A stretch of DNA of 62,647 nucleotides, filler included, from Platydemus manokwari (taxonomy: Eukaryota), in assembly GCA_037951405.1 (NCBI GenBank). It is 5 parts of 5 records of this genome, joined end to end, with 100 filler letters (N's around TTAATTAATTAA, not from the genome) between each part and the next. Parts side by side here need not be neighbours in the genome. Positions count along the whole stretch, not along the records: positions 1 to 15,139 come from JBBMOY011339204.1; 4 more parts are not named here. The stretch is one strand, 5' to 3'. A model generated the notes under the pieces. The model saw nothing but the letters and a program-made list of their open reading frames with translations. It did not search any database and was not told the DNA's origin. Shown here piece after piece: positions 1 through 11,760 of the stretch. Made by a program: the position numbers and the translations under genes. Position 1 is the first letter of the stretch. Each line of letters starts with the position of its first letter.

Positions 1-1480
1 GTATGTCAAGGCTTTGTGATCAGTGCGAGTCACAAATTTCTTTCCCAACAGATAATGCTTAAAATGCATAGTAAACTTGTGAATTACCAAAATCTCTTTT
101 CTTCTAACCCAATAACCTTTTCATGACTGTTTAGAGTTCTAGAACCATAGGCTACCACTCTCTCTTTTCCATTGTCATACAGCTGGCTCAGAACGCATCC
201 AATCGCTCCGAAACTAGTGTTGGTGTCTAAAATCATCTCTTTATTTGGATCTGAAAATGCCAAAATCGGAGTTGTGCATAATTGTTCTTTAAGGTTTCCA
301 AAACTTTCCTCACATTCTGTACTCCACTCTAATTTCTTGTCACTTCTAGTCATCATCGCATATAACGGAACCGTAATTAATGCGTAATATTTGATAAATC
401 TTCTGTAATAATTGCATAATCTTAGGAACGACCTTAACTGAGCGATGCAACCAGGTTTAATTGGTTCTTTAATTTGTCGTCATTAGTTTGTATGCCTTCT
501 GCATTGACCGTATGACATAGGAAATACAATTTTCTAATGCCAAAAGTGCATTTCTCGGGATTAATTTTCAAACCTGAATACCTTTTCAAGTTTCACATTG
601 TGTTGCTCTATCGTTCTTCCATACACTAAAATATCGTCCAGATAAGCAAGGACGCCTTTGTAAATTAAGACCTTGAATATAGTATTCATTAGACTCTGAA
701 ACGTTGCTGGCGCGGTACGTAATCCAAAAGGTAGTCTGTTAAAACAGAACTGCTCAGTTCTAGTGGTGAAAGCCGTTTTCATTTTAGAATCTTTCTCAAG
801 TTCAACCTGATAATATTCTTGGTCTAAATCTATGGTGAAGAAAACTGTCGGTCGATACACTGAGTCCAATAACGTTTGAATGTCAGGTACCGGAAAAGAA
901 GTTTAATTTTCTGAAGTCTAAACACATCCTGATCGATCAATCTTTTTTAGGAACCACGACCAAAGGAGAGTTCCAAGTGCTCTTGCAAGGTGTAATGACA
1001 TTACTTTCCAGATTTTCTATCAATTCATGAATTTGGGTTTCTAAATTTATTGGCTGCCTTCTGGGGTTTCTAGGTTCTCCCTTTGTACGGATCTCGTGCT
1101 TTACCAATGCTGTTAGTCACAAATCGAACCGAGAAGCTATAAAAATGGAGAAATTTTCTTTTATACACCTATTCAATGAAATATCATTCTGATCAGCAAT
1201 ACTCTTCAGTTCCATTTCGATTCTGCCTTGGTCACTGTATTTCTTGCCCACATCCTTGGCATTAATTGATTTTATCGCTGTATGGAATATTCCACAAGTC
1301 TTCATCATATCAAATCCTCCGATAAATCATGGTGATATTTCTTTTACTACAATGATCTTCTTTACTAGAATTTTGTTTTTCCAAACTATTGGTATTCTTA
1401 TTTTCCCTAGACACGATTTGTGTTTTGGAGAATACACCAGCCAATCGAACATCCGAATTTTAAATCTGCGGCTCTCCATT
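1..1480 (-). pseudogene. Fragmented pol (protease C-terminus, reverse transcriptase, RNase H)
   Basis: RT YLDD motif in ORF 561-869 and RNase H motifs in ORF 84-356. FIGGFDMM near 1325-1305 resembles the aspartic protease IIGxD segment. The upper boundary is approximate. Confidence 0.88.
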
Positions 1481-1721
1481 GCGCTTCCAATTGCTCTCGT
1501 TCATTACTGTTATTGATGCACCACAATCCCATAACATTTCAATATGTGTACCACTGCATTCAATTTTACTCTACTGTCTACCATCTGCTTTCTAATACAT
1601 CTGTGAATGCTTCCTCTTCTTTTTGCCGTCTTTCTTCTTTACTTCTATTCTATCTCTAGATGATATATGTCCTAATTACTCAACCCCACTGACGAGGCAC
1701 AGGAGGTTGATTCCAGTTTTT

Positions 1722-2537
1722 TCACTTCCGTGGAAAGTGGATGCATAATATTCTCCTCGAACCATTGTTACTAGACTTTCTGACTAAACGACATTCTCTG
1801 AACGAATGTCCTTCTTTACCGTATATCAAACATTTATTCCGTAGTGGACATTCAAACTTCCGGTTTCCAAGCTCACCACGGCAACAACAAGTTCCAATTT
1901 TCAAATAATCACCACGTGGTGTGGATCTTCCTCTACAATCGTTAAAAAATTTAGAGGCAAAAGCTCTTATGGATCTTGTTGGTTTCTCATTGTTTGGAGA
2001 TTCAATGCGATTAACTGGTGCTCGATGATGATCCTTTACACCAAAATCTCTTTCCTGCACGATTGGACTTGGCTTTTTCAATGAAATATCCCTCTGAAAG
2101 GTCTTTCTTGGGTCACTTTGAGATACCGATTGAGCATGTGTCTTCTTGATTGCGTCTATGTGGTTCGCCGGAGTTAACTTCTCAAAATTGACAGCTAGCT
2201 CTCTTCTTCTATCATCGGACATTGCAGGGTCGAAAGTAAATGACTCTTTCAATTTTTTGCTATTTATACCTTGCAAAATAAATAATCTTGAAATTTCTTC
2301 AAGAGTGTTTTTCTTGTCAAAGACCTCCAAAACTAGCTTCTTTACCCGAAGTTCAAAACTGCGATATTTTTCATCTGGTCTTTGTTGCATTGATGCCAAG
2401 GCTTGAACCTTGTCGTATGCTGTTTTGGCATGTGAAAAGGTTTCTAAAAACCATTTCTCAATTTCTTCATTTGAAATAGCCTCTTTGAAACTGCTGAATT
2501 CTTGCCACAGTTGTTTGGCGTCATCTCTCAAAAGCAT
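1722..2537 (-). pseudogene. Retrotransposon Gag with degenerate CCHC zinc knuckles
   Basis: 271-aa ORF with a gag-like QQRPDEKYRSFELRVKKL segment. Knuckles CCCRGELGNRKFEC and CLIYGKEGHSFREC each lack Cys/His ligands. Confidence 0.85.
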
Positions 2538-2730
2538 ATCAAATGCAAATGACAGTTCTATTTGATTAAAGCTTGCGAAATCTTTGGTTATTTGGATTTC
2601 TCAGCGTCTTGGATTGACGAATCAAAAAATAATGGTTTTGGGATTAATAGTTCCTGCGTTTTTTGTGGCAGATTTGCAAAAATTTTTACCTTTCTTCTCG
2701 TTTAGCTCTAGTCAGAGCGTTAAGTTCGGC

Positions 2731-2740
2731 GTGGTCGCCA
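2731..2740 (-). promoter_or_regulatory. Primer binding site, TGGCGACCAC (tRNA-Arg type)
   Basis: It lies at the LTR 3' end, upstream of gag. TGGCGACC is the PBS pattern of tRNA-Arg-primed gypsy elements such as the mdg1/412 group. Confidence 0.7.
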
Positions 2741-2948
2741 GTAAAAAGATAACTCGTTTGCATCAAAAATTGTATTCTAATTCCAAATTACACCGTTTGT
2801 TTTATAATATTTAAACAAATCTCATTTTTTATCTAACTATTATATATTTCAATAATCCGCTACCAGTACGAATCGAATAGATCAAAATACTTTTGATTTC
2901 CGTCCATTAATTTTTTTTATTTTCTCTTAATTTTCCTTTTGCATAACT
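2740..2948 (-). repeat. Putative 5' LTR, about 209 bp, AGT...ACT termini
   Basis: The minus strand starts AGTTATGCAAAAGG and ends TTTTTACT overlapping the PBS. It contains TATAAAA near 2800, and about 100 bp is repeated at 3030-3130. Confidence 0.6.
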
Positions 2949-3136
2949 ATCCCAAAATGTTTATCAAATTGTAATCTAAACTGATATTAGAAACTTTTAG
3001 ATTTTCAAATTAAACCATGAATATTTTTTATTATATATTTCAATAATCCACTACCAGTTCAAACCGAATAAATCAAAATATTTTTGATTTCAGTCTAATA
3101 ATTTTTATATTTTCTCTTAATTTTCCCTCTAATACT
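2949..3136 (-). repeat. Second, diverged LTR-like copy in tandem
   Basis: 3031-3128 aligns by eye to 2840-2938 (TTATATATTTCAATAATCCrCTACCAGT...TTTTCTCTTAATTTTCC). It also starts AGT on the minus strand. Confidence 0.6.
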
Positions 3137-3934
3137 CCTTTCTCATTCATTTATTTTTCAATTCTTAGCTGATTGTCATTCATCTTTAATATATGTCTGC
3201 ACTCACAGCATGATATTTCTTTAATCAAGTTATTTAATAATATTTCATTGGGTAATATTCCTCTTCACATCTTATAATGCAAGTAGATAGAATTTATACC
3301 ATCTTATTTATACTGTATTTTATACTTTATATATCTTCACTGTTTTCTTATATCGATATTTATATCTGGTATATTTTTAATTTCTATTTTATTGGTTCTT
3401 GTAGGATAAAAATGAATATCATGAAAATTTTTTAAATAAAACCCAACATGATCCATTATGCTTTTATTTATTCTAAATACCACTCAATCATCTTTTTTAT
3501 TTAAATGTAAATAAAGAAATTTAAACCATTAACCAGAGCTTTTAAATATGTGTTGTTACTGAATTTGAGATGCTTATTTCATATTCATCTAAACAAGTTC
3601 TTTAAAATTTCTTTCAAAAATTGTCAACAATTACCCCGATTCTTTCCTTTTTGCAGCGTCAACGACTACTGAAAATTTCATTATGATTAAAAAATTCTCT
3701 CAATTATCCACATAAACCAATGAGATTGATATGTTAAAGTTGTTCATCAATTTGTTAATTATTGCCGATATTAGTATTAAATGGATCGGTGCCCTCTCTA
3801 TTTTAGACAACTACTTCTAAATCTATCTTTCATGATTAAAAATCTTATTCCTGTGTACAGATACTGATTTGTGTTACTGATCTCTATCGAAGAAACCTTA
3901 GCCTCATGCGACATGGTGGTACAAAATATAAGAT

Positions 3935-4225
3935 GTGATACGTTTTGGATTCTTGGTTTATTTTGGTATCATTATTGACTATTTTTGATGATCATTATTT
4001 ACGCCTCGATCAGTATTTAGTATCTTAGCCCTCATATAATATAATTACTATAAAATAATGTTCTTTTTTCACCTTGTTGATCTCTATTCATATGGAGATA
4101 AGTGGAACGGTGTAGATAATGATTTTATAAACTCAAATTCCACAAATAGTTCGTTATTAGTTTCAACTGTTAATTTAATTATTTTATCAGCCTACTTCTT
4201 TTCTAATTTTATTCCAAAATACTGT
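3935..4225 (-). repeat. Dispersed repeat, family X (related to 22935-23230 and 25790-25900)
   Basis: Shares ACGTTTTGG, CGCCTCGA and GATAAGTGGAwCGGTGTAGAwAwTGAT in the same order with 22940-23130. Confidence 0.55.
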
Positions 4226-5865
4226 CAAAGGTGATGAGTGGCAATGAAATTTTTAATGATGAAATTTTAAATCCTAATAGTTAATGCTAAATTGACAACC
4301 AACTCTTTTATATATAAATTTTTATTAAAGATAACAGATATAGAAAATTTAATACTTTTATATAGCTAGAATTTTAATACTACACTATACACTTAGACGA
4401 TGGAATCAATCTGTTATCTAGGTCCTATTCTTGCTAATATTGTCGAGATAATGAGTTAATTTTTTATTCGTTGTTATAATTTCTCGATTGATAACAAAAA
4501 TATGGGCTTAATTATTGTTTGATCTAAACCAAATTTGTTGACAAATTAAAATTATCATTCATTGAATTATAATTAAATTTATTTATAAAATTATTATTAT
4601 TATTATTATCAACGAAAATTATCGCTAATTCCTATCAAAATATTTATTAATATTTTAACTTCAAATTTTAAGGTTGTAAAAAAATGAAAAAAAATAAAAA
4701 GATTAATATTCCATATAATCATTTTATAATTTTTACACAATATTAAATAAACATGGTTTACTTGTGATATTTTAAGAAAACCTCAACAGAGGAATGAAGC
4801 AAATAATAATAACAACGATAATGTTAATTATAATATAAAATTATAAAATTTAAAATAAATGAAGAACATGGTGTGAAATATTGATTTTGTATAAAGCTTA
4901 CTGATAACACAAGAACACGTGTATTATCTGGAATGAAATGATTTAGAAAATCTTGTAGATGAATTTGATAATAAATAGCTATAAGATCGAAACATTGGAG
5001 TTACAGAGTTAATGATTGATATTTCGATTCGACATCAAAGATGATTATCAAGATGTGAAGAAAGATTTCGAAAACAACAAACATAAGACAACAATTATAA
5101 ATCTTGATAATATATTAATTATGTTTAATAATTGATAGTAATAATTATTATTTATTGATTATATATGCAGCAATTTTAAGTTCACAGATTTATAAAATTT
5201 TATCGACAAATACAGAATTTCAATAAAATAATCGACTTGAAAGATTTTGAGTAAATTTATTTATTTTCTTTGTTTTATTAAATTTTAATTTTATGATTAA
5301 TTTAAAAATATTCAACAATGCTTTCTGTCAGACAAATTGAAAATTGATAAACTGGCCTTTCACAATCGCCAACAGGTATATCTAACAAACACATGAGTCT
5401 AGCATTTGACATTCACAAATTCATAATCCTTCAACAGATATCATTTCCAGGCCATAACAGCTATCATGTCACCCAATTAATTTTTATCACTTTCAATAAC
5501 ATAATAAATCTATTTCAAGCCGATATCTCTTTATTTAGATTCAATCATCATATTCATATAAACATTGATTATCGGAAATCATCAATCAATATATTTGATA
5601 TAAATATGGATTTATATTGAACAAATATTTCATTTATTCGTTCATGAATGAATTCTGCAATTTTTATATCGACGATTTTTATGAGCCACATTTTCATTTG
5701 TTCTTCTAGTGGAGCACCAAATTTTGTTAATTTAAGCGATATCGATTATACTTTTAAAAATATGTTTGGATTGCTCAGAATAATTTTTTTTCAGAAACTT
5801 TAAATTTAAAAGTGAATTTCTTAACAAATCAGATTTTAAAAATATTGATTGAAACCATTTAGATA

Positions 5866-7205
5866 AAATGTGCCAACTGTGTTGTCGAGACAGAAAGAGA
5901 AATAAAATGTCAGGAATATCAATACATTAATATAGAAATAGATGTATTTAATAAAGATATGAGAATGTCAGTCTCATTTAACATTCTCTGCAAAAAACCA
6001 ATTAATATTTACCCTATTATTGATATAATGGCTATTCCAGATGTGACAAATATTTAGATATCATGGTCACAAACCTCAAAAGATGGAGCAGAAGTGGATA
6101 AATTTGATGAGATTATCTGTTTATCATTTCTCACATTATCACCAAATATGTAATAAACAAGCAAACATCGTTTGTTGTTAAGGATTTAGAAGAAAAAACC
6201 TGGTATGAGATCTGCATAGCATCAATTGATTATCAAAACCAATCACACAAATTCAATTGTAAAGTTGTTCTCACTGATTTCAAATCGACAGGACCAGTGA
6301 CAAATGTTGTTACGACATCAGAAAGTGATAAAATATCAATATCATGGTCTTGACCGCAATGTCATATGATGTTCATCAAGTACATATAATTGACATCACA
6401 GATGAAAATAATATGTGCCGCACATTTGTTATCAAATTGGTTAATGACTATCACTTGTTTCAACATGATTTATTATCAACATTTAGATCGATATTGACAT
6501 CACTGATCAAGATGAATTCATATATAAGCAGATAATGAGATATTTTCCTTGAATTGTTTCCTACGCGCAGCATTTTATATTAAATGTTATACTTACCTGG
6601 CAACAATACCGTAATCATAACACACTGTTCCAATCCATAATTATAGTTGTCAATGTATATTGTGCATATATAGTTATTTTATATGAGATCATTTGATCAT
6701 ATGAGATCAAGCCCAATCATTTGATCAATTTTTTATGTGATCACCTATTATTGTCAACTTTTGATTCAAAAATCAAATTAATAATTTTAAAGGGTTGTTA
6801 CAAATAGCAATATGAAATCTCAAAATATTAATAATGACCTGATTTACGTACAATACAACTTGATTACCTTTAAACTTGCAATATCATTTAATAATAATAT
6901 TTGTGAATTTTACTGTGATTTGATAATCAAATCACTTACTGTTTCACGATTGAACGTTTTACAAAAAAGTCTTCAGTGTGCTTTATTTTAATTAAATTTA
7001 TATCGATTATATTAACATTATTAAAATTATGTTTATATAATAAATTTGATAAAATTTTATAATTTATAGATTGTTTTACTGATTGCTACAATATCGGTGA
7101 ATTTTATCATGGAATGAAATCTGTCACAAATACGGTTGTCAGCTGTAAAATGTGGCGAGATTCAAGCCATTCGCGATACAAGCATTTGAACTTTAATTTC
7201 TGTTC
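5866..7205 (+). pseudogene. Decayed gene encoding two fibronectin type III repeats and a kringle domain
   Basis: Manual translation gives PIIDIMAIPDVTNI*ISWSQTSKDGAEVDKF, then after a frameshift TSFVVKDLEEKTWYEICIASID...TGPVTNVVTTSESDKISISWS*PQ (FN3 W/L/Y pattern). After the acceptor tttatag (7069) comes CFTDCYNIGEFYHGMKSVTNTVVSCKMW...LNFNFC, matching the kringle CY..G..Y.G..S.T....C..W...N.C pattern. Confidence 0.72.
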
Positions 7206-7434
7206 TATTAGGTTGGTGCAAAAATAATGGCCTTTTTTAAATTGGTTTTTCATTTTTATATATTAAATTGAAGATCTTATGAAAATTATTCATATAATAT
7301 ATCATTTTAAAGCTTTCTTTGTGCTCTGTTGTTTAGTCATTCTACATTGTTTATATTATCTTAGAATTTATTTAAATTTTTAGTCATTAAGATGCTATCA
7401 AAACAAGAATTTCGCGTAATTTCTTCCTTTTAAG
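7206..7434 (+). mobile_element. Truncated mariner element (5' TIR plus transposase N-terminus), Hsmar1/cecropia-like
   Basis: TA is followed by TTAGGTTGGTGCAAAAATAATGGCC, close to the Hsmar1-type TIR TTAGGTTGGTGCAAAAGTAATTGCGG. An ATG at 7392 gives MLSKQEFRVI, like mariner N-termini (MLDKKQIRAIF). No 3' TIR was found. Confidence 0.8.
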
Positions 7435-8387
7435 GCCTCAATAATACTCATACTTTTGTTGAACAATAAAATTGTATTCTCTAATCTTATTTTCATGTTG
7501 TAAATTGATCTCTAATATCTACAATTGATTAATGTAGTCATGTCACTTTCTTGATTTTCGATATGATGGAATAATCAAACATCATTTAATAAGTGAGGAA
7601 AAATCCATCATACTTCGTAAAATAATCCTAGTGTCATGAATCCTCTTTGGATAAGGAATCTAGAATCTTACCTTTCTATCAGAAATGAAGGAATTTAAAA
7701 TAATGTCATTTTATTTTTACCTTCGTATTTATAATAATATATGATTATTATAATCCAACAAAAAAATTTACAAAATATAATCATGCAGGAAACTTAAAAT
7801 TAGTATATGTAAAAACGTAACTAGAATTTTCACTTGTTGAGAAAACAAATAAATCATTCTGTAACAAATATTAAACTCAAATATTAAATTTCGACAAAAA
7901 GAGATAATTACTTTATTTCTTCTACTAGATTAAGAGAAACAAAACGTTTTCCTGCTTAACCAAATTCTAATAATTATTTCAAGAAATGGACAACGTTGAA
8001 ACGAAAAATACATCGCCGAGAAAATTATTTATGAAAAAAAAATCATTATAAATTTACTAGTCTTTCGCTTTGAAAATTTGTCCTGGGTAATTTTCTGTAA
8101 AATCTCACTTACATTATATATATATATTGATAGTTTTAGAGTTTTTTATAGAAATAGTAGAACATGTTTTAGATTTAATATCTCTACTATATAAAATATA
8201 GGAAAAGATATTTGACTCTTATAAATAATTGATTATATTATATTATATGGTAAAATAAGTGCCTTATACAAAATTCCTTTTGATTTGAAATTGTCATCAC
8301 TATCGGACACCTGATCAATACCGTAAGACATTATTGATTTTGTATTATTATTAATTTATAGACATTATATATTTATATATAAATTAC

Positions 8388-11300
8388 CTGTGTCCAATTA
8401 ATATAATAGGAGGTGCTTCTGTTGGATACATGGTCATAACAATTCTTCCCACATCCCTAATAAAAAGAAATAAATTATTATTATTTTCAAAAAACAAACT
8501 GATAGAAGAAATGTTATCAAAAACCCTTTCCTTACAATAACCGGGAAACAGAGGAACTATTTGAAGTAATGAATTATTAATTCCAAAAAAAGATTAAAAT
8601 ATTTGATATTAGGTATTAAATTTCAATAAAATTATTGCCAATACTAAAATTATCGTATTATCGCCGAAAGAAATCACAAATATCCGTATTATAAATTATA
8701 ATGAATAAATCTCAATACAATTACCGATTAATTAAAATTAGCACGGAGAGAAGTCATGTGTGATTCGTATTTTATTTGATTATAAATATTCCTTTATATT
8801 TTAATATCAAATTAATAGAAAAATATTAATAATAATTATGTCGATTTATAATTTTATTTACCTTGTATTATAATTAATTCCAAATATAAATATAATTACT
8901 TTGCTAGCGTATCAGCGGACAGATCTGCATCATCTGTGGTAACTGTGTCACCTTAAAAATAAATTTCCCATTTTATATTAATAATCAAATCAACAAAATG
9001 AAAATGTTTACGAGCAATGAAAACACAAATTACGTACCGTGACCTCTTATGTCCATGGCTAAACATTGACATTTCACCTCTTCAGTTATTGCTTTCTAAT
9101 AATGAAAAATTTAAATACAAATAAAATATCATTCAATCTGGATTTTAAAAAACATAATATTTTCATCGATTATTAAATAAAATATAAAAATAACAATTTA
9201 GTGGTGACAGATAATGATGATTTATTCAATTTATTTCCACACATATTGTTATTATTCATCATAAATTGTAAATATTATTTACGAGAATTTATTTTTTTGT
9301 TTAAATCGATAATAAATGAAAAATATGATTATTAATTATAAATAATATTTATAATCTTTAGTGATAAAAATATCAATTCCAATAATAATAAAGAGATTTT
9401 GATTATCCTTATTATAATTCGAATTGAATTTCCGTTTACAGAATATAGTGAAGATTGTTTATTTTTTTGGAAGGAATTTTCGGTTTTTAAAATAAAACTC
9501 GGATGTATAAGACGCTTGGCGTTTTTGAAATTTTACCATTGTAAGCTGCTATTATTTTATAAAGTAGGGATGGAAAACGAACTGAAAAGTCACTACAAAT
9601 ATATTTAATATATATATAATTAATTTAGAAATTCTCAACTATAAAACCTGAAAAATAAATATATTTCTTATCAATAATATCGATAATTGATGACGAAATC
9701 ATACTAATGAAATGTCAAAGGAAAAATGATCCAGGACATATGTTATACAAATAAAGCAGATTGATTTATAAATGAATTAAATGGCATACTTATATATATT
9801 GACAATGAGAATTACAACAAGGGTTTCGTTAAGACAAACATAAGCATTTGAAATACTATTATAATTTATAGTTACAAAACAACAAATAAATCTATATATT
9901 GACAATGAAAGTAAATTAGCTTGTCTAATCCATTTATAATGGTTTTGATGATGATTTATTCTCAATTTAGAAAGATCTTTTGTAGAAAGTTAAAACTCAT
10001 TTACAAAACACTTTGAACTTATATTAAGAAATATTAATCATTGCAGTTAGTAGTGAAAGATGTTGCAACAATTTGAGCTTCCAAATTTAAAATGATTTTA
10101 ATTTATTATTGGATTATATGATTGTTGTTTTCAAGTGGCACTTTGAATCGGCNNNNNNNNNNNNNNNNNNNNNNNNNNNNNNNNNNNNNNNNNNNNNNNN
10201 NNNNNNNNNNNNNNNNNNNNNNNNNNNNNNNNNNNNNNNNNNNNNNNNNNNNNNNNNNNNNNNNNNNNNNNNNNNNNNNNNNNNNNNNNNNNNNNNNNNN
10301 NNNNNNNNNNNNNNNNNNNNNNNNNNNNNNNNNNNNNNNNNNNNNNNNNNNNNNNNNNNNNNNNNNNNNNNNNNNNNNNNNNNNNNNNNNNNNNNNNNNN
10401 NNNNNNNNNNNNNNNNNNNNNNNNNNNNNNNNNNNNNNNNNNNNNNNNNNNNNNNNNNNNNNNNNNNNNNNNNNNNAAGGAAGAGAAAGAGAAAGGAGCA
10501 AGAGAAAAGAAGAGAGAAAGAAATCATTAGACATAATGGAGATGAGATAAGCTTAAGTTTAACCATTAAAATATTGAATTATTTTCTTATTTAAAATTGA
10601 ATTAAATAAAATTAATTATTTTAAAAAATATGTTTACCGATGAAAGATGAAAATATTTTTAATCGAAATATATTAAAGTTAATTAAAATTAATTAATTAA
10701 TTTGATAAAAATTAATGAAGATATAATCTCTAAATTATATTGACATAAATTAATTTAATTAGCAATTAAAAACATTTTTATTAAAATTTAATTAATTAAT
10801 TAAAATAATTTAAAATAATGACAATTTTAATTGCAAATTAACCACAATTATGGAACGTAATTACTTTTCTTTAAACTGATTAAAAGATAAGAAATCATGT
10901 TGCATTGCTAAAATCAGAACAAAATATTAACGTAAACAATTCCACGAGAAATTACAACACATGCATTCGAACATAATTGCCAAACAAACACGTTTCTTGA
11001 CAATTTTTACTCAAGTATTGACTGGATTTTAATCTTTATTTAGGAATTAATCTCTTATAAAATGAGTTGACTAGCTAAATGATTTAATCAATATAATAAC
11101 AATGTTAAATTTACAGCATATCACCAACAGCAACAATAAACACTTGTTTATTTATTTTATTAAAGTAATAAATTGGTAAATTAAATCTGAATTTCTACAT
11201 GATAATTATTAAAAATATTATATACATTTATTGATTTATGAAGTGGAAATTATATCTAAATAATTCTAGTTTTCATTAAAATCCAAAAATGATATTTTAA

Positions 11301-11760
11301 TTCCAAAGATTCAATAAATAACGAAACAATATTGAAAGAAAAACTTAAAAGACCAAAAATTATAAATTACCTACACTTAAAACTGACCAAGACAATGCAG
11401 AAAACCCGCCCCCGTGAAGGAAAAATAAAAGAGGTCCTTCAACTCCTCTTCTGTAAATTCTGAATGTCTTTAAAAAAATTAAAATCGTTTTAATTTTTTT
11501 CAATATCACACACCCCAACATCAGTTTCTAAATCTTCTTTATAATTAAAGTAATCGCTCCAAGGCAATGGATCGTAGTTTTCTGGTTTTCTAGAGATATT
11601 AGTACATGATTATTAATTCAATTTCTTGTGAATGTATTAAGTGAAGGTAAAACGGAAAAAATGAAAAATATCAATTAGATATTATTTGATTATTTTATAA
11701 CCTTTTATCAGCTGGAGTTCTACCAGATGGGATAATTTTTGAACGAAATAAATCCGACAT
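8388..11760 (-). CDS. PPME1: Protein phosphatase methylesterase 1 (PME-1), 5' six exons: 11760-11702, 11589-11514, 11467-11375, 9095-9038, 8951-8900, 8456-8388; 3' part not found in the window
   Basis: All introns are GT-AG and phase-consistent. Spliced product: MSDLFRSKIIPSGRTPADKRKPENYDPLPWSDYFNYKEDLETDVGTFRIYRRGVEGPLLFFLHGGGFSALSWSVLSKAITEEVKCQCLAMDIRGHGDTVTTDDADLSADTLAKDVGRIVMTMYPTEAPPIILIGH(S). It contains the PME-1 motifs PW..YF, LHGGG.SALSW, D.RGHG, DLSA.T.AKD and PPI.LIGHS. Confidence 0.95.
10153..10476. other. Assembly gap (N run) inside PPME1 intron 3
   Basis: 324 N. The ORFs spanning it are artefacts. Confidence 0.99.

Larger units (their letters stand above)
1..2948 (-). mobile_element. 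Degenerate Ty3/gypsy LTR retrotransposon (5' LTR, PBS, gag, protease, RT, RNase H; runs off the window start)
   Basis: Minus-strand order is LTR (2948-2740), PBS TGGCGACCAC (2740-2731), gag with two zinc-knuckle remnants (2537-1722), RT (869-561: KTAFTT, LPFGLRTAPATFQ, YLDDILVYG), RNase H (356-84: ILDTNTSFGAIGCVLSQ, VVAYGSRTL; FVTRTDHKALT near base 10). RT directly followed by RNase H with no integrase upstream is the gypsy order. Stops and frameshifts break pol. Confidence 0.93.

Noticed and set aside
10106-10594. Long ORFs spanning the N gap
   Set aside because: Artefacts of translating Ns.
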